Assembly (NCBI GenBank): GCA_049278975.1
Contig: JBAPNE010000059.1
Coordinates: forward strand, 1 to 53,945
Length of the DNA stretch: 53,945 nt
Reading direction: 5' to 3'
DNA from: Candidatus Kryptoniota bacterium
GTDB taxonomy: Bacteria; Bacteroidota; Ignavibacteria; Kryptoniales; JAKASW01
Shown: positions 10,138 through 18,417 of the stretch, piece after piece
Position numbering within the stretch: the first letter of the stretch is position 1
How the letters are laid out: each line of letters starts with the position of its first letter
The notes under the pieces: generated by a model
Database searches by the model: none
Told to the model about the DNA's origin: nothing
What the model saw: only the letters and a program-made list of their open reading frames with translations
Made by a program: the position numbers and the translations under genes

Positions 10138-12036
10138 TTGCGGCTGTTGCGGAATATTGAACATGATTCAGTTGATGAATATTTCCAAGTGAAGAAATTG
10201 AAAAAAAGAATTCGAGGGCTGCCTTTCTCCTTTGAGAGCCTGCTTGGAATGGGTGCGGGTTTTTTACTCTTGGCTTCTGTAACGTCCTCGCAAGCGTTTG
10301 CTCAAATCCGGGGCGATGCCGGGACGCGCAAAGTTGATACTCTCGCCGTCGTAAATGGCAAGCCTATAACGAGCGAAGACTTCAGAAATAGGTTCGACCT
10401 CTCTATATATCCCGGCGAAGATTATCGTGACACGACGAAGATGGAGTTTCTCTATTCTTTGATCGCAGAAAAACTTCTTTCTGAAGCGGCAACAGGGAGC
10501 TCTAATGCCGTCACCCCCGAAGAGAACGCAGTTGAAAAAGAGATGAGGGAAGTATTTCTCCGCGACGCACTTTACAGGTCGCAAGTTATGCCTGAAGCAA
10601 CAGCGACAGGACAAGAAATGTCAACCGGTTTGAGGCTATCCACCTATTCCTACATGGTGGACGCGTTCTATCTTCCCGGCAGCATAAATGCAGAGAGGTT
10701 CTACAGTATTCTAAACAGGGTAGGCAAGAACTACATATACAAGCTTGCCGATAGTCTTGCCATCAGCCATGATACACTAGAGATTAGCTACGGGGAATCC
10801 ACCCAGCTGATTGAAAATGCGTTCTTCGACCATACGGAGGGTTTCGTTTCAAAACCGGTTTTTACTGTTGACGGATGGATAGTTTTCAGAGTAATTGGCC
10901 GCAAAGTAAATTCAAAATTCGCCGGTGCTGCTCCCGAAGATAGAACCGAGATGGTACGCAAAATCATCGTGGAACGAAAAGAAAACATCCTCGGTGACAA
11001 ATATCTCCTCGATGTCATGAAAGGAGTGCGAGTAAGTGTAAATTATGCAATCTTCCGTCCGATGGTGTTTGCTATTCAAAAACTTATTATGAAGAAGCGG
11101 CCGGCCTCATTCGATCCTTATTATTACCTGGGGCCGGAAGATCTTCTCCAGATTAAAGAAGAGTTTGTTTCTGATCTCTCTCAACCGATGCTGAGTTTTG
11201 AAAAAAGTGGGATAAGCCTGGCGGGTGTTCTTGATGAGCTTCCGCTCACGGGATTTCATTGTATCGATACGACAATTCCGCAAATAACTGTCGCACTTCA
11301 TTCTGCCTTGAGATTTATCTCCCAGAATTATTTTCTTGCGAAGAGAGCGGTGCAGCTGGGATTGGAGAACTCCGGGGAAGTGAAATATAATGTTGAAATG
11401 TTTCTTGATGCGGTGAGGTCTTCAAGAATGGCAAAGGAAGTTACGGATACGGTTACTGTCACGCAGGATGAAGTTGACAAGTTTTTCGAGAAGCATCAGG
11501 ATGAAGTGCTGAACGGTGTTGAACTGAAGATAAAAAGGTTCGAGGCTTCGAGTGTGAACGACGCTGTAGATACTTATGACCGACTTTTGAAATTGCAGAA
11601 GGCTGGCCTTGTCGACACATCGGGAACATGGATGACGGCTTCGCGCCTCGGTGAAATCGGTGCGGTTCTTGCTGAGCAGCCGAATGGAACTATCTATGGG
11701 CCGGTTTTTAATGACAAGGAGTTTATGATTTATCAGGTGATCGACAAGAAATCCCAGATTACTAAAGATGCCATAGGTCATAGCATCGAAGTCGCAAGAG
11801 AAATGCTCCTCGAATCCAAGAAGGAAGAGGTGATGAACCGGTATATAGCAAATCTTGCCGACAAAGCGGGGATAAAATTCTTTTACGGAAATGTCCGTTC
11901 GCTTCAAATAACTCCAATCGAGATGCTGACATTCAGGTATATCGGTTTCGGCGGACGTATTCTCGCGGTTCCGATGCTTTATCCGCGCGAGGGCTGGATA
12001 AAATACTTCCAGACCAAGAAGCCGCCTGTGCCATGA
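10138..12036 (+). CDS. SurA/PpiD-like periplasmic chaperone (degenerate parvulin-type PPIase-like)
   Basis: N-terminal signal/anchor GMGAGFLLLASVTSSQAFAQ followed by LAVVNGKPITSEDFRNRF, which is typical of SurA-like N-domains. The start is uncertain: TTG at 10138, or GTG at 10189. Confidence 0.5.
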   Translation: MRLLRNIEHDSVDEYFQVKKLKKRIRGLPFSFESLLGMGAGFLLLASVTSSQAFAQIRGDAGTRKVDTLAVVNGKPITSEDFRNRFDLSIYPGEDYRDTTKMEFLYSLIAEKLLSEAATGSSNAVTPEENAVEKEMREVFLRDALYRSQVMPEATATGQEMSTGLRLSTYSYMVDAFYLPGSINAERFYSILNRVGKNYIYKLADSLAISHDTLEISYGESTQLIENAFFDHTEGFVSKPVFTVDGWIVFRVIGRKVNSKFAGAAPEDRTEMVRKIIVERKENILGDKYLLDVMKGVRVSVNYAIFRPMVFAIQKLIMKKRPASFDPYYYLGPEDLLQIKEEFVSDLSQPMLSFEKSGISLAGVLDELPLTGFHCIDTTIPQITVALHSALRFISQNYFLAKRAVQLGLENSGEVKYNVEMFLDAVRSSRMAKEVTDTVTVTQDEVDKFFEKHQDEVLNGVELKIKRFEASSVNDAVDTYDRLLKLQKAGLVDTSGTWMTASRLGEIGAVLAEQPNGTIYGPVFNDKEFMIYQVIDKKSQITKDAIGHSIEVAREMLLESKKEEVMNRYIANLADKAGIKFFYGNVRSLQITPIEMLTFRYIGFGGRILAVPMLYPREGWIKYFQTKKPPVP

Positions 12037-13265
12037 CGAGAGCTCTTCGGTTCTTCGCCGGGCTATTCTCTATTTTCTTTGTCTCCACGCTATTGGATTC
12101 CTGCGCCAAAAGCACACTCCAGGACCCGCACCAGATAGTAATCTGGCACACGATGCATGCTGATGAACGGGTGGCTCTCGATCAAGTATTGAATGAATTC
12201 ATGGCGCAAAATCCAGGCATAACAGTTACAGCTCTCTACAAAGAAACCGAGGAGCTAAGATCGGGTTTTCAGATTGCCGCGATTGGAGGTGCCGGTCCCG
12301 ATATTGTCTATGGCCCATCGGATCAGGTCGGGCCGTTCGAGGCGATGCAAATCGTCCTTCCGCTCGATACGCTATTCAGCAAGGAATATCTCGCCAAGCT
12401 CGATGCCAAGGCACTTGTTTACAGCCATGGCCACCTATACTCGATTGCGGATAAGATCGGCAACCATATCATGCTGATTTACAATAAGTCGCTTCTTCCC
12501 AATCCGCCTCAAACGATGGATGAACTTATTTCCGCAGGAGAGAAGTTTGACGCTACGTCAAACAGCCACGCTCTTGTTTGGAATTACACTGAACCATATT
12601 TCTTCATTCCGTTCCTGACCGCGTATGGTGGATGGGTGATGGACTCGCTGGGCAATCCGACGCTCGATACGCCGGCGATGGTGAACGCCCTGAAGTTCAT
12701 GAAGGACTTGCGCGACAAATATGAAATCATCCCGAAGTCGTGTGACTACGAAACTGCCGACGCACTTTTCAAGGAAGGCAAAGCCGAGATGATTATCAAT
12801 GGCCCATGGTCTTTCGGAGATTACAAAAGGGCAGGAATAAATTTCGGCGCCACAAGAATTCCTTTTATGAAACAAACGGGTTTGTGGCCGGCACCAATGG
12901 TTTCTCCTATTGGGTATTCGATAAATGCTTCAATTCCTTCATGGAAAATACCCGAGGTGGTTAAGCTGATAAAATTTCTTATGAGCAGGGATATCCAGCT
13001 CGAGTTCACGGCGCGTTTCAATACGATCCCAACGCGGACGGAGCTGTACGACGATCCGGTTGTGCAGGGAATGACGATCGTTAAGCAATCCGAATACCAG
13101 ATGGAAGTCGGAAAGCCAATGCCGATCGTGCCCGAGCTCAGGGCAATCTGGGATGCTATGAGGCCGAGCTATCAGGCGGTGCTTGGTGGAACGGAGACTC
13201 CCGAACAAGCGGCGCAGGAAATGCAAAGAAGTGCCGTACAGAAGATTAAGGAGATGAACGAATGA
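12033..13265 (+). CDS. ABC transporter sugar (maltodextrin-type) substrate-binding lipoprotein
   Basis: Lipobox-like LLDSC. The general pattern matches family-1 solute-binding proteins ([23 protein letters not shown]). It overlaps the upstream stop by 4 nt and lies directly upstream of two MalF/MalG-type permeases. Confidence 0.8.
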   Translation: MTRALRFFAGLFSIFFVSTLLDSCAKSTLQDPHQIVIWHTMHADERVALDQVLNEFMAQNPGITVTALYKETEELRSGFQIAAIGGAGPDIVYGPSDQVGPFEAMQIVLPLDTLFSKEYLAKLDAKALVYSHGHLYSIADKIGNHIMLIYNKSLLPNPPQTMDELISAGEKFDATSNSHALVWNYTEPYFFIPFLTAYGGWVMDSLGNPTLDTPAMVNALKFMKDLRDKYEIIPKSCDYETADALFKEGKAEMIINGPWSFGDYKRAGINFGATRIPFMKQTGLWPAPMVSPIGYSINASIPSWKIPEVVKLIKFLMSRDIQLEFTARFNTIPTRTELYDDPVVQGMTIVKQSEYQMEVGKPMPIVPELRAIWDAMRPSYQAVLGGTETPEQAAQEMQRSAVQKIKEMNE

Positions 13266-14158
13266 AGTTTGATTCGGAAAAATTATCTCCGAATGTCTTT
13301 GCATACGTTCTCATGATACCTGCAGCGGTCGTCATGTTTGGCGTCGTGATATATCCATTCTGTTACAACGTGGTACTCTCTTTTTCAAACATGAGTCTCA
13401 GGCATTTTAAAGACTGGCACATAATCGGCTTCGGGCAATACGAGCAGGTGTTTAACGAGAAGAACTTTTACGCGGTATTCTTTAAGACGATTATCTGGAC
13501 ATTCGTGAATATTTTCTTTCATGTTACCATTGGAGTCGCTCTTGCGATGGTACTGAATCGAAAGCTATTCGGGAAGACGGCACTCAGGACTTTATTGATT
13601 TTGCCCTGGGCAATACCGCAAGTGATTGTCGCATTGACATGGCGGAGCATGTTCAATTACCAATACGGCGCCATCAATTTGTTCATCGCGCAATATCTTC
13701 ATATGACGCCTGTTGAATGGCTTGGCAGGCCGCTCCAGGCGTTCAGCGCGTGCATTATCACGAATGTCTGGCTCGGCTTCCCGTTTATGATGACGATCGC
13801 GTTAGGCGGGCTCCAGAGCATTCCACAGGAGCTTTACGAAGCAGCGGACATCGATGGCGCATCGGGCTGGCAGAAGTTCTGGACGGTCACTGTACCACTA
13901 TTGCGGCCGGTGATGATTCCTGCGATCACGCTCGGAATCATCTGGACTTTCAATAATGTGAATATCATCTGGCTTGTTTCAAACGGAGGCGAGCCGTCGG
14001 ATCAGACCCACATACTTGTCTCTTATGTGTACAAAGCGGCGTTCAACCTTTACCGCTACGGTTACGCGGCGGCGTTGTCGATGGTGATCTTTGCGATTCT
14101 CCTAATATTTAGCTTGTTCTTTTTGAAGAGAACGAGAGCATCGGAGGCGGCGTACTGA
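13262..14158 (+). CDS. ABC sugar transporter permease (MalF-like)
   Basis: Multiple TM helices and an EAA loop, [27 protein letters not shown]. The start overlaps the upstream stop by 4 nt. Confidence 0.85.
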   Translation: MKFDSEKLSPNVFAYVLMIPAAVVMFGVVIYPFCYNVVLSFSNMSLRHFKDWHIIGFGQYEQVFNEKNFYAVFFKTIIWTFVNIFFHVTIGVALAMVLNRKLFGKTALRTLLILPWAIPQVIVALTWRSMFNYQYGAINLFIAQYLHMTPVEWLGRPLQAFSACIITNVWLGFPFMMTIALGGLQSIPQELYEAADIDGASGWQKFWTVTVPLLRPVMIPAITLGIIWTFNNVNIIWLVSNGGEPSDQTHILVSYVYKAAFNLYRYGYAAALSMVIFAILLIFSLFFLKRTRASEAAY

Positions 14159-14217
14159 AGATGAATCGAAAACGATATGGTACAACAATGACTTTGTATA
14201 CCCGGAATGACATGTAG

Positions 14218-15090
14218 ATGGCGGTACGATCACTGAAAAGTCTTGACATGAAAAAGAAAACTCTTCCAAACAAAATTGTCGCGTTGGCTCTTTACTTTCT
14301 CCTGCTTGGATTCACTCTCGTGACGCTTTATCCGGTAATAAATGTTTTCAGTATCTCGCTGCGCCCATCCGACAGGCTTCTTTCAACTTCTTTAAAGATT
14401 ATTCCCGACGGCGCTTCATTAAACGCATACAAAACGCTTTTCACGCAGACTCCGTTTCTTCATTGGTTCTTAAACTCCATCATCATCGCTGTTGTCGTGA
14501 CGTTTACAGGCGTGATGCTGGCCTCTACCGCAGGCTACGCCTTCAGCCGGTTTAATTTCTACGGCAAGAAGAGTGCCATGGTCTCACTCCTGGTGACGCA
14601 GATGTTTCCACCGACAATGCTTTTACTTCCAATGTATATCATGCTTCTTCAGCTGCATCTGATAAACAGTTATTTAGGGATAATCGTTATCTATACTTCG
14701 ACCGCATTGCCATTCTGTGTCTGGCAGATGAAAGGATATTACGATACCATTCCGTTCAGCCTTGAAGAGGCGGCGCGCATTGACGGCTCGACACGGTGGG
14801 GAGCATTCACAAAAATCGTTTTGCCGCTTGCGGCACCGGCGCTCGTTATCACCGCGCTCTTCTCCTTCATGAGCGCGTGGGCGGAATATGTCGTCGCAGC
14901 TCAGGTGCTCCAGGATACCAGCCTGTTTACGCTTCCGCTGGGGTTGAAACAGTTTGAAGGAAGCATGTCTACCCAATGGGGACTTTATGCAGCGGGCTCA
15001 CTGATAATCAGTATACCGGCAGTAGCATTGTTCCTTTTCCTGAGCCGGTGGTTGATTTCAGGACTTACTCTTGGAAGTGTGAAAGGTTAA
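14218..15090 (+). CDS. ABC sugar transporter permease (MalG-like)
   Basis: EAA loop LEEAARIDGSTRWGAFTKIVLPLAAPAL and about 6 TM helices. An alternative start at 14248 (MKKKTLPNK) is possible. Confidence 0.85.
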   Translation: MAVRSLKSLDMKKKTLPNKIVALALYFLLLGFTLVTLYPVINVFSISLRPSDRLLSTSLKIIPDGASLNAYKTLFTQTPFLHWFLNSIIIAVVVTFTGVMLASTAGYAFSRFNFYGKKSAMVSLLVTQMFPPTMLLLPMYIMLLQLHLINSYLGIIVIYTSTALPFCVWQMKGYYDTIPFSLEEAARIDGSTRWGAFTKIVLPLAAPALVITALFSFMSAWAEYVVAAQVLQDTSLFTLPLGLKQFEGSMSTQWGLYAAGSLIISIPAVALFLFLSRWLISGLTLGSVKG

Positions 15091-15210
15091 CGATAACTCG
15101 TAGCTGATCTCTCATAGGCCATGGCTGATAGCTAAGAGAAATGATTTATTAATCTCCCTGCATAGTCTAGATTTTAGAATGTATATTAAGAATTCAAAAT
15201 TGAGAACTTA

Positions 15211-16698
15211 ATGAATAAGCCTCGCTTAAGCTTTTGGCAGATCTGGAACATGAGTTTCGGATTCCTCGGCATCCAATTCGGCTTCGCGCTTCAAAACGCA
15301 AATGTCAGCAGAATATTTGAAACGCTCGGCGCGAAGATCGACGCTATCCCGATCTTATGGATTGCCGCGCCTATCACCGGCTTGATAGTCCAGCCGATAA
15401 TCGGGCACATGAGCGACAAAACATGGAACAGGCTCGGCAGGCGACGCCCATATTTTTTGACCGGGGCGGTTTTAGCTTCTATCGCTTTGTTCATTATGCC
15501 GAACTCGCCAATCCTCTGGGTTGCGGCCGGGATGCTGTGGATCATGGATACATCAATAAACATCTCGATGGAGCCGTTCAGAGCATTCGTCGGCGACATG
15601 CTTCCGTCAGAACAAAGGACTTCCGGATTTGCGATGCAAAGTTTCTTCATCGGTGTCGGCGCGGTCGTCGCTTCGGCGCTGCCGTATATCATGACCAATT
15701 GGTTCGGCGTGAGTAATATCGCATCTGAGGGAATGATCCCCGCGTCGGTTAAACTGTCGTTCTACATCGGAGGAATGGTTTTCCTGGCTGCCGTTTTGTG
15801 GACTGTGATCAGCTCAAAGGAATATCCGCCTGAAAAGTTAAAGAAGTTTGCGGAAGGAGGTGCCTCTCCGCGCCACGATGAGGATCAGATTGCATATTCG
15901 AAATTTGTAAAGAACGGTTTGATCTGGGCGGCGATTGGTGTCGCACTGTTTCTGATCTTTTATCTTTTCATCTATATGGATTATGGTCTCGGAGTTTTCT
16001 TCGTCGGCATTGCGGCGTTCGGGCTATTGCAGATTGTTGCCGGTTTAATCTCTAAAAGAAATACCGTTTCAGGCGGACTCGTTGTCGTCATGAACGATCT
16101 TTTCAAGATGCCGAAGACCATGGTGCAGCTTGCTTACGTGCAGTTCTTCTCATGGTTTGCGCTATTCGCGATGTGGATTTACACAACGCCGGCCGTCACC
16201 CACCACATTTACGGTGCCAAAGACGCTGCTTCGGCATTATATAACGAAGGTGCAAACTGGGTTGGTGTCCTCATGTCGGTTTATAACGGCTTTGCGGCGG
16301 TCATGGCGTTTGCGCTGGTCTGGCTCGCAAGGAAGACGAGCAGGAAGACCGTTCATGAGGTCAGCTTGATTTGCGGCGCGCTCGGCTTGATGTCATTTTA
16401 TGTCATCCAGGATCCAAAGCTCCTTTTGATTTCGGAATTAGGAATTGGATTGGCGTGGGCGTCAATACTCGCGATGCCGTATGCAATCCTAACAGGCTCA
16501 CTGCCTGCTGAGAAAATGGGAACTTACATGGGTATATTCAATTTCTTCATCGTCATACCTCAGATTACTGCAGCAGCAATTCTCGGATTCTTCGTGAGGA
16601 GTCTTTTCCACGGCGAGGCTATTTATGCTTTGTTACTCGGTGGAGCGTCATTGGTTGTTGCGGCGCTGCTCGTTACGAGGGTTGATGATAAGGATTAA
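15211..16698 (+). CDS. MFS/GPH-type sugar:cation symporter (SLC45/sucrose-maltose-symporter-like)
   Basis: About 12 TM helices. The N-terminal part, [23 protein letters not shown]...[18 protein letters not shown], is characteristic of GPH/SLC45-like sugar symporters. Confidence 0.75.
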   Translation: MNKPRLSFWQIWNMSFGFLGIQFGFALQNANVSRIFETLGAKIDAIPILWIAAPITGLIVQPIIGHMSDKTWNRLGRRRPYFLTGAVLASIALFIMPNSPILWVAAGMLWIMDTSINISMEPFRAFVGDMLPSEQRTSGFAMQSFFIGVGAVVASALPYIMTNWFGVSNIASEGMIPASVKLSFYIGGMVFLAAVLWTVISSKEYPPEKLKKFAEGGASPRHDEDQIAYSKFVKNGLIWAAIGVALFLIFYLFIYMDYGLGVFFVGIAAFGLLQIVAGLISKRNTVSGGLVVVMNDLFKMPKTMVQLAYVQFFSWFALFAMWIYTTPAVTHHIYGAKDAASALYNEGANWVGVLMSVYNGFAAVMAFALVWLARKTSRKTVHEVSLICGALGLMSFYVIQDPKLLLISELGIGLAWASILAMPYAILTGSLPAEKMGTYMGIFNFFIVIPQITAAAILGFFVRSLFHGEAIYALLLGGASLVVAALLVTRVDDKD

Positions 16699-16776
16699 GG
16701 AGAGTGTCCTGAATGCGAAGCGAAGGGTTATCCTGATTTCATAAATGAATTCCGGACATGAACCCGGGTTGGCAGC

Positions 16777-17058
16777 TTACTCTTCTCTCTTTACTTCCTT
16801 CCCCAATTCCTTGATCTGCAGCGCGACCTTTTCGGTAACACTGTCTATTGTTTCCCCTTTCGCCAGCCTGACGCCCGACACGCGTACCGCTTCATCTATT
16901 GTCGGGATAGTGCCCATTAGGTAGCGATATATATGATAACCGAGCCTGTTGTTATCGTTGAATTCTCTTGTCGAGAATTGTTCGGCAATCTTATAAGCAA
17001 TTGCCTCCAAGCTGTCATCTGCAAACTTGTTCACCTGCGCCGGCGCTTTTGTCGTCAT
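16777..17058 (-). CDS. Small hypothetical protein (93 aa)
   Basis: A clean ORF with a protein-like composition. No motif was recognised. Confidence 0.45.
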   Translation of the reverse strand: MTTKAPAQVNKFADDSLEAIAYKIAEQFSTREFNDNNRLGYHIYRYLMGTIPTIDEAVRVSGVRLAKGETIDSVTEKVALQIKELGKEVKREE

Positions 17059-17210
17059 CTTGTCTCCAATCTTTACCGAAAATTAATTACTGCGGCTGAT
17101 ATCTTCAATATCTTACGGGCGGGAAGGGAGAGAGGCTCAAAAGCTCTAAGGTGCAGAGACACAAAGCGAAAAAGTGGAATGATGGTACGGAAAAAACAGG
17201 ACGGGCGAAG

Positions 17211-17416
17211 CGGCAATCCTAACGGCTGTACCACCAAATGACAGATTGCCCCCCTTGACCTTCCCAAAGAGGTTATGTCGTTCCCGCAAGTCGTTGGCGG
17301 GAATCCATTTGTTGATTTGTTCTGGGTTCCCGATGCGAACATTCGGGAACGACGAGGCAAATGTTTTTTCCCCTTGATGGAAAGGAGAAAGATATAAAAA
17401 TAACCCGTCATTGCGA
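17211..17416. repeat. Composite hairpin-rich repeat, copy A (left border of the accessory segment)
   Basis: Modules in order: ggcaatcc..tgtaccaccaa (17211-17242); hairpin gtcgTTCCCGc-N-gCGGGAAtcc (17277-17306); hairpin ggTTCCCGa-N-tCGGGAAcgac (17325-17353); gtcattgcga (17407-17416). The order is collinear with copy B at 32161-32374. Confidence 0.6.
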
Positions 17417-17551
17417 TCGGATCCCTCGGGAAGTGTCGCTTTGGGCATCCCGACATGTAAAAACTATTGACGGGACAATTCCAAACATGAAATCACTAAG
17501 ACAGAACCCCGAACACTTCTAAGGATTTGCTTAGAAATTCCGAAATACACA

Positions 17552-18079
17552 TTGATGAAGAAATTGTATTTGTTCATAATCGCCATAGGTTTGATGTTTG
17601 ATGGTTGCGGTGGAGGCCTTGACATGACGATGAAACCCAGCACCGGTTTTAAAAAGACTTCGTCGGTGGCAGTCGAAAGCGACAACTTTGACAGCGCAAA
17701 CCTTCGACCGAAAATTGAAGAAGCCTTATTTGCAAATGGCATCAACGTCATATCGCCTTCGATTGTTCAGACGGGTATTCAAGGTAATCTAACCAATCAA
17801 CTTTCAAATCAATCCTCACAGAGAGCAGCGGATTCTGCTTCGGCTCGCTCCTCTACACCTAATGGGCAGGGAAACGGGTCCGAGTACTTGTTGAAGTTTA
17901 CATATAATTTCGACTATACCTTCTTAGGGGAAGTGATTACAGATTTCTCGGCGGCGATAGTCGAACCCAAAACCGGAGAGGTTGTCGGAATAATGAGTTA
18001 TCATGGCGACGCCAAAGGGACCGCGCCGGACGAACTCGCAAATACCGTCGGCAAAAAACTTTCACAGCAGTTGAAGTGA
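17552..18079 (+). CDS. Hypothetical lipoprotein (175 aa)
   Basis: Lipoprotein signal MMKKLYLFIIAIGLMFDGCGGG. A stem-loop follows the stop codon. Confidence 0.6.
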   Translation: MMKKLYLFIIAIGLMFDGCGGGLDMTMKPSTGFKKTSSVAVESDNFDSANLRPKIEEALFANGINVISPSIVQTGIQGNLTNQLSNQSSQRAADSASARSSTPNGQGNGSEYLLKFTYNFDYTFLGEVITDFSAAIVEPKTGEVVGIMSYHGDAKGTAPDELANTVGKKLSQQLK

Positions 18080-18092
18080 CTTCATAAACAAA

Positions 18093-18113
18093 ACGACCTG
18101 AGCCTAAGGTCGT
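18093..18113 (+). terminator. Stem-loop after the lipoprotein gene
   Basis: acgacct (18093-18099) pairs with aggtcgt (18107-18113) across a 7-nt loop. There is no clear T-tract. Confidence 0.35.
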
Positions 18114-18417
18114 ACAGCCATCCTTTGATTAGTGCTTCTTTCACACGCAGCGGCTCGGCAAAAAGCCGAGGGGGGAGTTGTCAAACTCAAAAACTGACTC
18201 CTGACAACTAATCACTGTCGAAGATCCCGCTTGTCCCGAAGCGACTCCTTCGGAGCGGGAATAATTATTTATTGACTACCATTCCCTGTCTTCATAACGT
18301 TGAATCTGAAGTCCATGTCGCTTACTTTTAATCAACTTGTCCCGAAGGGATGCCTTTGGCAGAAAAAGAAGCGTGCTCAGAAATAGTCGATGAAGTCATT
18401 TATTCAGGTCGTGCGTC

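Noticed and set aside
17277-17353. The GTTCCCG...CGGGAAC units of about 29 nt resemble hairpin-type CRISPR repeats, so this could be a mini CRISPR array.
   Set aside because: There are only two adjacent units, in opposite orientation and about 19 nt apart. The third copy is 15 kb away. No regular repeat-spacer periodicity and no cas genes are present in the window.
17073-17460. The ORF-poor structured stretch could be an RNase P RNA, a tmRNA, an SRP RNA or a cobalamin riboswitch. Alternatively, the two minus-strand ORFs (127 aa and 100 aa) could be real genes.
   Set aside because: I could not find the conserved cores on either strand: the RNase P GGAAAGUCCGGGC/ACAGAACCCGGCUUA pair, the tmRNA 3' tRNA-like end, the SRP AGGUCAGG..GGAAGCAGCC motif or the B12 box. 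The ORFs overlap each other, lack RBSs and read through palindromic repeats.
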